Origin: Sphaerochaetaceae bacterium
Lineage (GTDB): Bacteria > Spirochaetota > Spirochaetia > Sphaerochaetales > Sphaerochaetaceae
DNA length: 64,000 nucleotides
NCBI GenBank assembly: GCA_024405015.1
Contig: JAKSPE010000005.1
Location: 36,149-100,148 of the forward strand
Direction of reading: 5' to 3'
Shown here: in pieces, positions 9,388 to 18,245 of the stretch
Numbering within the stretch: the first letter of the stretch is position 1
Layout: every line of letters begins with the position of its first letter
Program-made: the position numbers and the translations under genes
The notes under the pieces: model-generated
Seen by the model: the letters and a program-made list of their open reading frames with translations, nothing else
Told to the model about the DNA's origin: nothing
Database searches by the model: none

Positions 9388-9998
9388 TGACCGCCATTAT
9401 CGATTACGGGGTAGGTAACCTCTTTTCGCTCAAAAGCTCCTTTTCCGCCATTGGGGAAGAGGCTGTCATCACAAAGGACATTTCTGTCCTCGAGCGTGCT
9501 GACCGCCTGATTTTGCCAGGTGTCGGTGCTTTTCGCGATGCCCGAAAGGCCTTAAGCGAAAGCGGCCTGGAAGAGAAGGTGCTTGAACTGGTGAAAGGCG
9601 GAAAGCCGATGATGGGCATCTGTCTTGGCATGCAGCTTCTATTTGAGAAGGACTATGAGGACGGCGAATATGACGGTCTTGGACTCATTCCAGGCGAGGT
9701 TCGTCCGATTCGTGAGAAAATCGGTGACTCTCTGAAGATTCCACAGATCGGCTGGAACGCCCTGATCTACAAGAACCCTTCCAAGATCTTCAAGTACATC
9801 AAGGAAGGCGACTTTGTCTACTTTGTCCATTCCTACCACGCTACAGGCTGTGAGACTTACACAACCGCAGTGACCGAATATGGTGCCAACCTCACGGCAA
9901 GTGTGGAGAACGGCAACGTCTTTGGTTGCCAGTTCCATCCGGAAAAGAGTGGTGATGTGGGCCTGAACATCCTCAGGGCCTTTGTGGAGATGAAGTGA
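9387..9998 (+). CDS. hisH: imidazole glycerol phosphate synthase, glutaminase subunit
   Basis: IIDYGVGNL.S, LPGVGAF, GICLGMQLL and FHPEKS motifs. Confidence 0.95.
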   Translation: MTAIIDYGVGNLFSLKSSFSAIGEEAVITKDISVLERADRLILPGVGAFRDARKALSESGLEEKVLELVKGGKPMMGICLGMQLLFEKDYEDGEYDGLGLIPGEVRPIREKIGDSLKIPQIGWNALIYKNPSKIFKYIKEGDFVYFVHSYHATGCETYTTAVTEYGANLTASVENGNVFGCQFHPEKSGDVGLNILRAFVEMK

Positions 9999-9999
9999 T

Positions 10000-10713
10000 A
10001 TGGTTCTGTTTCCTGCAATCGATATTCTGGATGGAAAGGCCGTAAGGCTTTTCAAGGGTGACTACAACCAGGTGACAATTTACAGTGAGCGCCCATGGGA
10101 GTTTGCTGAGGACTTTGTGGCCAAAGGCTGTTCTGCCATCCACATTGTGGACCTTGATGGTGCAAAGACCGGCCAGACCGTGAACCTTGAGACGGTCAGA
10201 CGCATCGCTCAGGTCAAAGGACTATACAGTGAAATCGGCGGAGGAATCCGCAACATGGAGACAGTCGAGCGCTACCTGGAAGCCGGAATTGACCGTGTCA
10301 TTCTCGGAACTGCAGCCCTCAAGGACCCTGATTTTCTCAAAGCTGCTGTGAAGCAGTATGCAAACAGAATCGCTGTCGGCGTTGATCTGAACAATGGAAA
10401 GGTCGCAGTCAAGGGCTGGCTTGAGACCACCCAGAAGGATGGCATCGAGTTCATGAAGGAACTTGAGGATCTTGGTGTGGAATCTGTCATTGTCACAGAC
10501 ATCTCTCGTGACGGTGTCATGAAGGGTACCAATCTTGACCTGTACAAAAGACTTTCCCAGGAGGTCTCTCTGAAGGTGACCGCCTCTGGTGGCGTTTCCA
10601 CCTTGGACGATGTGAAAGCTCTCAGGGCTCTGAATGTCTATGGTGCCATCATCGGAAAGGCCTATTACACAGGTGCTGTCAAGCTTGAAGAGGCTTTGGA
10701 GGCTGCAAAATGA
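10000..10713 (+). CDS. hisA: 1-(5-phosphoribosyl)-5-[(5-phosphoribosylamino)methylideneamino]imidazole-4-carboxamide isomerase
   Basis: PAIDILDGK.VRL.KGDY, VDLDGA, SGGV and IIGKA.Y motifs. Confidence 0.95.
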   Translation: MVLFPAIDILDGKAVRLFKGDYNQVTIYSERPWEFAEDFVAKGCSAIHIVDLDGAKTGQTVNLETVRRIAQVKGLYSEIGGGIRNMETVERYLEAGIDRVILGTAALKDPDFLKAAVKQYANRIAVGVDLNNGKVAVKGWLETTQKDGIEFMKELEDLGVESVIVTDISRDGVMKGTNLDLYKRLSQEVSLKVTASGGVSTLDDVKALRALNVYGAIIGKAYYTGAVKLEEALEAAK

Positions 10714-11474
10714 TCACAAAACGAATCATACCTTGCTTGGATGTGCGAAACGGAAGAGTTGTCAAAGGCACAAACTTCGAAGGTCTTAGGGATGTCTCAT
10801 CTCCTGTGGATCTTGCCGACTACTACTCCCGCTGCGGAGCCGATGAGCTTGTCTTTTACGACATCACAGCTTCCTCGGATGGCAGAAAGCTTTTTACCGA
10901 CATCCTTCGTGAAACCGCTTCCAGAGTTTTCATTCCACTGACTGTCGGTGGTGGCATCAACACGGTCGATGACTTTGACCGCGTGCTCAAATGTGGCGCA
11001 GACAAGGTCAGCGTCAACTCCGGTGCCATCCGCAACCCGAGTCTTGTCAAAGAGGCAGCACTCAAGTACGGAAGCCAGTGCGTTGTCATCTCGGCAGATG
11101 TCAAACGTGTGAACGGCGAGTTTCGCGTCTTTGCCAAGGGTGGAAGAGAGGATACTGGTCTTGAGGCGATTTCGTGGATCTGCCGTTGTGTCGACAACGG
11201 TGCCGGTGAGGTTGTCCTGAACAGCATTGATACCGATGGGGTGAAGAAGGGCTTTGACCTTGAGATGCTCAAGGCGGTCTCTGATCGTGTGAATGTCCCT
11301 GTCATCGCAAGCGGCGGTGCAGGTTGCATCCAGGACTTCATTGACCTGTTCAAGACACTTCCAAGAGTTGATGCCGGACTTGCTGCCTCCATTTTCCATT
11401 TCGGAGAGGTGAAGATCGCAGATCTCAAGCATGAAATGGCCAAAAACGGCATTCCTGCCAGGGAGATACTCTAA
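10710..11474 (+). CDS. hisF: imidazole glycerol phosphate synthase, cyclase subunit
   Basis: [27 protein letters not shown]...G.D and ASGGAG motifs. Confidence 0.95.
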   Translation: MITKRIIPCLDVRNGRVVKGTNFEGLRDVSSPVDLADYYSRCGADELVFYDITASSDGRKLFTDILRETASRVFIPLTVGGGINTVDDFDRVLKCGADKVSVNSGAIRNPSLVKEAALKYGSQCVVISADVKRVNGEFRVFAKGGREDTGLEAISWICRCVDNGAGEVVLNSIDTDGVKKGFDLEMLKAVSDRVNVPVIASGGAGCIQDFIDLFKTLPRVDAGLAASIFHFGEVKIADLKHEMAKNGIPAREIL

Positions 11475-11809
11475 TGGTGAACATCGACGATCTTCGATTT
11501 GATGACAGAGGTCTGATTCCTGCCATTGTGGTGGACAGCAAGACAAAGCAGGTTCTGACATTGGCTTACATGAACCGTGAGTCCCTTGGCATCTCCATGG
11601 AAAAGGGGCTGACCTGTTTCTGGTCTCGCTCAAGGAAGGAACTTTGGCTCAAAGGTGCCACCAGCGGCAACTATCAGCACATCGTCTCCATTACAAGCGA
11701 TTGCGACGACGATGCTCTTGTGGTTGAGGTGGAGCCTGACGGACCTGCCTGCCACACAGGAACTTTCTCCTGCTTTACCCATACACTCTACAAGAGAGAA
11801 GAGAACTGA
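11474..11809 (+). CDS. hisI: phosphoribosyl-AMP cyclohydrolase (monofunctional, no HisE domain)
   Basis: LIPAIVVD......LTLAYMN.ES, WSRSR..LW.KG.TSG, DCD.D and CH.G..SCF motifs. The protein is only 111 aa. Confidence 0.9.
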   Translation: MVNIDDLRFDDRGLIPAIVVDSKTKQVLTLAYMNRESLGISMEKGLTCFWSRSRKELWLKGATSGNYQHIVSITSDCDDDALVVEVEPDGPACHTGTFSCFTHTLYKREEN

Positions 11810-11823
11810 GTAGGCTTTTTTCC

Positions 11824-12519
11824 ATGAACGCACAGAATGTGATCATCGCTGATAGACATTGCACTCTTGTGACCGCAGAAGTCCAGAAGGAAAGCTGTCC
11901 TACCATTTTGTGCTGCATGCACGAAGGTCTTGGCACCGATGAGGGAAGACTAGAGGATGCCAAAGCTGTTGCTTCTCTTATGGCAGAGATGACAGCAAAA
12001 CCGTTCAACCTGCTGTGTTTTGATGTGGCTTCCTGGGACCGCTTTCTGTCCCCGTGGCCTTATGAGAATTTCACAGGAGAGGCCGGTGACACCTTGTCCT
12101 GGATCTCCGAGCAGGGGATTCCATACCTTTCATCCATTGGCCTTACCGGCAAGACCCTGATTGCAGGTTACTCGCTTGCAGGTCTTTTTGCCTTATGGGC
12201 TGCCCGTATCACAACCCTGTTTGAAGGCTGTGCCAGCTGCTCCGGATCTCTGTGGTATCCACATTGGGCGGAATTCTCAAAATCCCATCCTCTGAAGCAA
12301 AACAATATTGTTTACCTCAGCCTTGGTGGCAAGGAGGCAAAGACTTCCCATCCTGTGATCTCTACCATTGAGGTGTGCACAAAAGAAGAATTTGCCCGCA
12401 TCCAAAGTGACCCACATGTCAAAAAATCCACCTTCGAGATGAATGCCGGCGGCCATTTCACAAAGACACTGTGGCGCCTAGCCAAGGGTATGGCATGGCT
12501 GGTGAATGGTCTTGGTTGA
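11824..12519 (+). CDS. alpha/beta hydrolase (putative esterase family)
   Basis: GYSLAG nucleophile elbow (GxSxG). 231 aa. Substrate unknown. Confidence 0.6.
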   Translation: MNAQNVIIADRHCTLVTAEVQKESCPTILCCMHEGLGTDEGRLEDAKAVASLMAEMTAKPFNLLCFDVASWDRFLSPWPYENFTGEAGDTLSWISEQGIPYLSSIGLTGKTLIAGYSLAGLFALWAARITTLFEGCASCSGSLWYPHWAEFSKSHPLKQNNIVYLSLGGKEAKTSHPVISTIEVCTKEEFARIQSDPHVKKSTFEMNAGGHFTKTLWRLAKGMAWLVNGLG

Positions 12520-12535
12520 TTATTGTTTTAATGGT

Positions 12536-13870
12536 CTAGAAATCTACTTTGGACAAGTATCGTTTCAGGAGAAATAGGCAGAAATATGGGAATGTATGAA
12601 TATTGTTCTCATATCCAATATTGCCATTAGTGAACTTGATGCCAGTTGTGATGTCAGAATATTTTTCGCTAGTAATCAAAGTTCTCAAGGATTTCGCTCT
12701 GTTATTCGTTGACTTGATTTCCACTGGGACAAGAGATTTCTTTGTGCGCACAAAGAAATCCTGTTCGAGAGTAGAGTCTTCTCGTTTGTAGTAGAACAAG
12801 CCAAATCCTTGCTTGCTTAGGCTTTCTGCCGCAATGTTCTCATACAGGGCTCCTTTGTATACGTTCATATTTCTGTTTGCCCGCAGATCCTCTTGGGACT
12901 CTGCATCAAGGGAGGCAATCAGAAGACCGGTATCCCTATAGTAGATTTTGTACTTGCTCTCATCATAATTTCCCTGCAAAGGAAGGTCTGCCGTATGAAG
13001 ACAATAGCAGAGGTTGATCATGCCTGCATCATTCAGCCATTCAATGCAACCCCAATAATCCTTGAACCTGGCTCCTGATGCAACTTTTGATATCTGGAAT
13101 TTCTTATTTTCTTTTGCAAGTTGGACCGGAATATGGTTAAAAACATTCAGAACCCTGGTTTTATCGATTCCTTCAACGTATTTTTTGACATCTTCCTTAT
13201 AGTCGTTCAAGAGTTCTTTCTGGATATCTAAAGTACCTTCAAAAGAACCTTTCTCTATGAATGTACGCACAACAGCAGGCATTCCTCCAAGGAGGCAATA
13301 ATCCAAATACAAGGACATGAAGGTTTCCATTGTCGTCTGATTGAATGTTTTGTCTTGGAGCATGTGGTCCAACAAATCTGTGATGGTGTCTTCCCCATAA
13401 CCCTTTGCCCAAAGGAATTCTTCAAAATCCATTGATTGCATGTCAAACTCTGTCTTATATCCGACACTGTTGCTTTGGATCCTTTGGTAATTGATGCCAA
13501 GCATGGAGCCGGAACAAATGACATCAAATCTCTTGTCGATGCAGAACGCCTTCAAAGAGGTGGCTATTTCTGGATAATCCTGGATTTCATCAAAAAGAAT
13601 GAGTGTATGACCATCAATGAATCGTTTGGAAGGATCGATCAGGGAAATGTTTCGGATGATGCTTTGAACATCATATCCATCTTCACAGATGGTCCTATAT
13701 TTATTCTCCAATGCAAAATTGATTTCGACAAAGCTTTCGTATCTTGTTGAGAAATGCTCAATGGAAGCTGTCTTTCCAATTTGTCGAGCACCTTTGACAA
13801 TCAGAGGTTTCCTGGCGTCAGAGTTTTTCCATTCGTTTAGAAATTCATCGATCTTTCTTTTCAAATACAT
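12536..13870 (-). CDS. AAA+ ATPase with DUF4143 domain (ATP-binding protein)
   Basis: Walker A GARQIGKT and Walker B LILFDEIQ, with a C-terminal DUF4143-like region. The start is set at MYLKRKIDEF (cat at 13868-13870); the 30-codon upstream extension was rejected. Confidence 0.8.
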   Translation of the reverse strand: MYLKRKIDEFLNEWKNSDARKPLIVKGARQIGKTASIEHFSTRYESFVEINFALENKYRTICEDGYDVQSIIRNISLIDPSKRFIDGHTLILFDEIQDYPEIATSLKAFCIDKRFDVICSGSMLGINYQRIQSNSVGYKTEFDMQSMDFEEFLWAKGYGEDTITDLLDHMLQDKTFNQTTMETFMSLYLDYCLLGGMPAVVRTFIEKGSFEGTLDIQKELLNDYKEDVKKYVEGIDKTRVLNVFNHIPVQLAKENKKFQISKVASGARFKDYWGCIEWLNDAGMINLCYCLHTADLPLQGNYDESKYKIYYRDTGLLIASLDAESQEDLRANRNMNVYKGALYENIAAESLSKQGFGLFYYKREDSTLEQDFFVRTKKSLVPVEIKSTNNRAKSLRTLITSEKYSDITTGIKFTNGNIGYENNIHTFPYFCLFLLKRYLSKVDF

Positions 13871-13885
13871 GAGTCCAGTATAACA
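13868..13885 (-). promoter_or_regulatory. extended -10 promoter abutting the start codon (candidate leaderless mRNA)
   Basis: The minus strand reads TGtTATACT, then 6 nt (GGACTC), then ATG. No SD is present. Confidence 0.45.
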
Positions 13886-13899
13886 CAGAAAACAAAAAA

Positions 13900-13975
13900 A
13901 TGAGGGAATATTTATGAAAACTTTGCAAAAGATGAGGGAATATATGGTAAATCGTTGCAAAAGATGAGGGAATAT
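13900..13975. repeat. three direct repeats (core ATGAGGGAATAT; longer unit TTGCAAAAGATGAGGGAATAT) with 32-nt period
   Basis: Core copies lie at 13900-13911, 13932-13943 and 13964-13975, read directly from the sequence. They lie just upstream of the DUF4143 ATPase promoter. Confidence 0.7.
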
Positions 13976-14107
13976 TGTCTATCCGTCAATACTTTCTGTT
14001 ACATGAAATGTTCGTGAGAAGAGTATTGGAATAGCAGCCATCTCAGTTATATCTTGCAATCCACGATACAATGCCTTATAGTAAATTTTGTCAAAATATT
14101 AGAAAAG

Positions 14108-14126
14108 TGATATAATTTACAATATG
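14108..14126 (+). promoter_or_regulatory. extended -10 promoter abutting the start codon (candidate leaderless mRNA)
   Basis: TGaTATAAT at 14108-14116, then 7 nt, then ATG at 14124. No SD is present. Confidence 0.45.
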
Positions 14127-14792
14127 GGAAAAGATGCTGCATTGAATTTGCCAGAAGGAATCATTGATTCGAAGAGACTCGCCTCTATGATTGAATCCAA
14201 ATCCGTTTACCGGGAAATTGGCAAACTCATTCAAGACAACAGAATCACCCGTCTTGGTCGTGGTCAGTACATCGCAGGTAGTAAATCTAAGTATGACTAC
14301 ACTCCATCTGAAGACCTTAAGAAAGTTGAGAAGGTTATTCGGAAGCAGTTTCCAGATCTTGATTTCAGAATCGGGGAGGCCTACCAGTTGAACTGGTTTG
14401 TCAATCACCAGATTTCAAGAAATGTAATCATTGTTGATGTTGAGAAGATGTTGGCGGAATCTGTTTTCTTCACCTTGAGGGAGAAATTTCATACTTTGCT
14501 AAGGCCTGGCATGAAGGAAATGGCAAACTACATCCAAGATGGAACTGTGATTGTTCAAAACCTTGTTTCTGGATCTCCAAGCACAAAAGACAGCAATGTT
14601 GCACCATTGGAAAAGCTCCTTGTCGATATCGTTTGTGACAAGAAATATTTGAACTTCATCCAAAAATCGGAATTTTCTGGCATTTATGAAAATGCATTTG
14701 CATCGTACAATATCAACAGAGCGGCAATGCTTCGGTATGCCGGTAGGCGTAGTTGTAGGGAAGAGGTGGAAAGTTTGATGGAGAATCTATGA
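14124..14792 (+). CDS. AbiEi-like antitoxin / transcriptional regulator partner of AbiEii (DUF6577-like)
   Basis: The N-terminal segment ...IGKLIQDNRITRLGRGQY resembles the AbiEi wHTH R.G.Y motif. Its stop overlaps the start of an AbiEii gene (ATGA). Confidence 0.6.
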   Translation: MGKDAALNLPEGIIDSKRLASMIESKSVYREIGKLIQDNRITRLGRGQYIAGSKSKYDYTPSEDLKKVEKVIRKQFPDLDFRIGEAYQLNWFVNHQISRNVIIVDVEKMLAESVFFTLREKFHTLLRPGMKEMANYIQDGTVIVQNLVSGSPSTKDSNVAPLEKLLVDIVCDKKYLNFIQKSEFSGIYENAFASYNINRAAMLRYAGRRSCREEVESLMENL

Positions 14793-15832
14793 TAGATCCA
14801 AGAACGTATTCCATTGAACATATCAAGGAACTTCAGAAGAAAACAAAGAGTGATCCTCAGCTGATCGAACGAAGTCTTCATGCGTTTGGTCTCCTGGAAG
14901 CTCTTGTAACTGTAGACACTCCTCTGATTTTTAAAGGTGGCACTTGTCTAATGATCCTTTTGGATTCTCCAAAAAGGTTCTCAACTGATATTGATATCAT
15001 TGTGGCCCCTGAAACTGATTTGCAGACATATCTTGAAAAGGCTTCAAAGATCATTCCGTTCAAACATTTTGAGGAACAGACCAGAACCTCAACGACGGGG
15101 ATTGTCAAAAAGCATTTCAAGTTCTTCTATGATTCTCCTCTGACGGGGCAGGAATTCTTTATTATATTGGATTCCGTATTTGAAACGAATGTTTATTCCC
15201 AAATCGTCGATACCCCAATTGATAACAGTTTTATCATACTCAACGGTGAGCCAACGCACGTTCATACTCCAAGTGTTGATAGTCTTCTCGGTGATAAACT
15301 TACTGCTTTTGCTCCCCATTCAAGTGGGATCCTCATCAATACTGGAAAAGCGCAGGAAATAATCAAGCAGCTGTTTGATTGTGCAAACTTGTATGAGAAG
15401 ATGAATTCCTTCGAGACAGTAAAGGCAACGTATAGGAGAGTATTGGAGAAGGAACTGTTATATAGGTCTTCTGCTAGCACTTTCAGTAATATTCTTGATG
15501 ACACCATAGGAGCTTGTTTCTCTATAATTAGCAAAGGTCTTCTGAATCCTGAGGATTACAAAGAGTATCTTCTTGGCATACAGGCCGTAAGTTCACATGT
15601 GATATCGCAGAAATATAATCCTGACTACGCACTAAAGCAGGCTTGTCGAGTGTTGTTCTTGGCTGTCTCAATAAAACATGATTTGCCTGAGTGCAAACTC
15701 GCTAAGAAAGGTACGATGATTGAAAACCCTGCTTATTCCAAACTGAACTTCATTAGGAAAATTGATCAGAAGAGCTTTGAGTATCTCATCAATGCGATGG
15801 AGTTGCTACAGGTGTCTTTCAGTAGCCTGTAG
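14789..15832 (+). CDS. nucleotidyltransferase AbiEii/AbiGii toxin family protein
   Basis: FKGGTCLMILLDSPKRFSTDIDIIV matches the GGTAL...R.S.DID nucleotidyltransferase motif of DUF1814/AbiEii. Confidence 0.8.
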   Translation: MIDPRTYSIEHIKELQKKTKSDPQLIERSLHAFGLLEALVTVDTPLIFKGGTCLMILLDSPKRFSTDIDIIVAPETDLQTYLEKASKIIPFKHFEEQTRTSTTGIVKKHFKFFYDSPLTGQEFFIILDSVFETNVYSQIVDTPIDNSFIILNGEPTHVHTPSVDSLLGDKLTAFAPHSSGILINTGKAQEIIKQLFDCANLYEKMNSFETVKATYRRVLEKELLYRSSASTFSNILDDTIGACFSIISKGLLNPEDYKEYLLGIQAVSSHVISQKYNPDYALKQACRVLFLAVSIKHDLPECKLAKKGTMIENPAYSKLNFIRKIDQKSFEYLINAMELLQVSFSSL

Positions 15833-15838
15833 GTGTTC

Positions 15839-16081
15839 TTAGTTGATTTCCTGTTCCAATGAATTGAAAGCCTCTGTGTCAAAGAACTCTGCTAGTGTGA
15901 TTTCAAATCCATCGCAGAGTTTCTTCAGTGTGACGACTCCTGGATTTTTGCTTTCTCCGTTGAGAATGCTTTTGATGGTTGACTGGGAAACTGCAGAGAT
16001 ATTGGCAAGTCCATTGGGAGTGATTCCTTTCTGCTTGCATAGTTCAAGTATCCTTTCTGCGACGATTTCTCTAGTCCCCAT
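15839..16081 (-). CDS. XRE family HTH transcriptional regulator
   Basis: 80 aa. ...LCKQKGITPNGLANISAVSQSTIKSILNGESKNP is a Cro/C1-type HTH. Confidence 0.85.
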   Translation of the reverse strand: MGTREIVAERILELCKQKGITPNGLANISAVSQSTIKSILNGESKNPGVVTLKKLCDGFEITLAEFFDTEAFNSLEQEIN

Positions 16082-16096
16082 AGTTTCCCTTTTTTA

Positions 16097-16160
16097 AGTG
16101 ATATGTCACTGAAAAGTATGGTATTTAGGATTAGAGTGTGATATTAGTGATATATCACTA
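16097..16160. promoter_or_regulatory. two palindromic operator candidates in the XRE/PEGA divergent promoter region
   Basis: AGTGATATGTCACT at 16097-16110 is an imperfect palindrome. TAGTGATATATCACTA at 16145-16160 is a perfect 16-bp palindrome that overlaps a TGnTATAT -10-like box. Confidence 0.5.
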
Positions 16161-16212
16161 ACATAATAAAAAACTTGTAAGTTAATGCACTTACTTACAG
16201 AAGGGGAGAAAA

Positions 16213-16590
16213 ATGAAAAAGACGATGTTGTTTATTCTCGCGGTTGTTTGCGTTCTTGTACTTTCAAGTTGTGCGACAATGTTTTCAGACGATTATGAAA
16301 CAGTCACATTTAGCTCTGATCCAAGTGGAGCTACTGTGAAAATTGATGGTGCAGAAAGAGGTACGACTCCAACGGCACTGGTTTTGAGAACAGATAGGAC
16401 TTATGTTGTTGAGGTCTCAAAAGAAGGGTATCGTCCACAGATTGCGACAATAAGTAAAAATGTTAAGTGGGGATGGCAGCTTGTAGATTTCTTTGTGTGG
16501 CCAGTAATCGGGAACGTTGTGGATTTTATTAATGCTGACGGTTACACATTAGACCCAACTAATGTAGTTGTTTACTTGCCTAAGGAATAA
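16213..16590 (+). CDS. PEGA domain lipoprotein
   Basis: Signal peptide with lipobox LSSC. VKIDGAERGTTP...VEVSKEGYRP is a PEGA-type motif. Confidence 0.75.
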   Translation: MKKTMLFILAVVCVLVLSSCATMFSDDYETVTFSSDPSGATVKIDGAERGTTPTALVLRTDRTYVVEVSKEGYRPQIATISKNVKWGWQLVDFFVWPVIGNVVDFINADGYTLDPTNVVVYLPKE

Positions 16591-16618
16591 TTTAGAAATT
16601 GTTCAAGGAGCAATGAAA

Positions 16619-17188
16619 ATGAAAAAATTATCAATTGTATTGGTTTTACTATTGATTGTCGGAGCTTTTGCTTTCTCTTCTGACGATTTTTACAAGTGCT
16701 CTAGTCTTATTGATAAGAAATTGGATAATTCCAAGGTCTCAATGATTCAGACATATTCTGCAAATCTTACAGAGCTTGAAAGATATAATCTTTATGAAGC
16801 TAATAAATCGTCCACCGGAGTTCCATTACTGTGTAACTTACTTCTTGGTGCTGGTATTGGATCTTACATACAGGGTGATACCGTTGGTGGAACTGTTTTC
16901 CTCTGCGGCGAATTGGCATCTGCTATTCTTTATGGTGCAAGTTATATGAGAATGGTTTTTGCGGAGACAGAATCAGAGTTTGAGAATGCTGCAGCCCAAG
17001 CTACAATTTGGAGTATAGCTCTTTTGGGTGTTCGAGTCGCAGAATGTATCAGACCTTTTACTTATGCAAAAGAGTATAATAAGCGACTTTCAAATGCTCT
17101 TTATGGAGTTCCATCAATAGCAGCTATACCAACCATCAATTCTGATGGACAAACTGGACTTATGCTGAGTGCAAGAATAGATTTGTAA
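16619..17188 (+). CDS. hypothetical membrane protein with signal peptide
   Basis: AAGGAG lies 8 nt upstream of ATG 16619. It has an N-terminal signal, and Gly-rich hydrophobic segments (LLLGAGIGSYIQGD, FLCGELASAILYG). No family assigned. Confidence 0.6.
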   Translation: MKKLSIVLVLLLIVGAFAFSSDDFYKCSSLIDKKLDNSKVSMIQTYSANLTELERYNLYEANKSSTGVPLLCNLLLGAGIGSYIQGDTVGGTVFLCGELASAILYGASYMRMVFAETESEFENAAAQATIWSIALLGVRVAECIRPFTYAKEYNKRLSNALYGVPSIAAIPTINSDGQTGLMLSARIDL

Positions 17189-17597
17189 ATAATTTTGTTT
17201 TCTAGGCTGAGAGGCTGCAACGTATGTTGTGGCCTCTTCTTTTATCTGGATCATACCCAGATAAAAAAACAGATGCTTGGGAGTGAAGAAGGTTCCCAAG
17301 CATCTCACACTAAAAGGAGGTATGAAAAAAACTGTTGCTCTGCCTAATTAATAGCAAGTACCGTGCCAACTTCTGTTTTTGGCCTGAAAAAATTTCAAAA
17401 CAGCAGTTTTTCATCCTACTTTTGCCTAAAATTGTCGTAACTCATTGTCTTTGGCCTTCTTCTGGGGTGTGCAGAAAATGCACAGATGTGAAGAAAATGA
17501 AATGGGTGTGAAATTTTTGCACACTGGTATGGTCTCCTGTCTTGACAGATTGGAATAAAAGGCAATTTGCAATATGCTAAGGACAACGGAGAATCCT

Positions 17598-18245
17598 ATG
17601 GACAAAGCATGTGTCATTTTCGATATGGATGGAACATTGATCGATTCAATGCCTTATTGGAACATCAGTGTGGAAGAGGTTGTCGCCAAGCGTGGAGTCA
17701 CCAAGATCCCAAAGGCATTGCGTGACAAGACTGTCGCAATGACCGTCATCGATTCCTGCAACCTGTTCATCAAGGAATTCGGTCTGGATTGCGATGCCCA
17801 ACAGATGATGGACGACGTCTACAAGATGATGGAGTACCACTATGTCCATGACGTACCGCTTAAGCCAGGTGTCCCGGAGTATCTTGAGGCTTTGAAGAAA
17901 AAGGGCATCAAGATGTGTACCGCCTCTGCCACCCGTGAGGACCAGCAGGCAATTGCGCTCAAGCGATTTGGAATCTATGACTATTTTATCGACACGGTCT
18001 CTGCCGAGCGAGTTGGTGTGAGTAAGAGCGATGGCCCTGACATTTACGACTATTGTGCAAAGCTCATGGGCTGTGACCGAACAAACGCTGCCGTCTTTGA
18101 GGATTCCTATGTTGCCGCAAAAACCGCAAAGGATGCCGGCTATTATGTTGTTGGCTGCTGTGATGAGGTCTCACAGGATACTTGGAAAGACCTGATTTCC
18201 GTGACCGACGAGCACTTTGAGGACTGGAGAACGCTTAATGCCTAG
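17598..18245 (+). CDS. HAD family hydrolase (beta-phosphoglucomutase/phosphatase-like)
   Basis: DMDGTLIDS motif I and a later FEDS..... motif. Start at MDKACVIFDMDG. Confidence 0.8.
   Translation: MDKACVIFDMDGTLIDSMPYWNISVEEVVAKRGVTKIPKALRDKTVAMTVIDSCNLFIKEFGLDCDAQQMMDDVYKMMEYHYVHDVPLKPGVPEYLEALKKKGIKMCTASATREDQQAIALKRFGIYDYFIDTVSAERVGVSKSDGPDIYDYCAKLMGCDRTNAAVFEDSYVAAKTAKDAGYYVVGCCDEVSQDTWKDLISVTDEHFEDWRTLNA

Noticed and set aside
10797-11633. 278-aa minus-strand ORF (with a companion at 10856-11452) antisense to hisF
   Set aside because: The plus strand encodes an unmistakable HisF. The antisense translation has no recognisable motifs.
13900-13975. Possible CRISPR array
   Set aside because: There are only three units with a 32-nt period (a 21-nt repeat and spacers of about 11 nt) and no cas genes. 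It fits promoter-proximal regulatory repeats better.
17322-17351. Mini-ORF MKKTVALPN after AAGGAGG
   Set aside because: The SD ends only 1 nt before the ATG. There is no downstream gene or attenuator structure that would make it a leader peptide.
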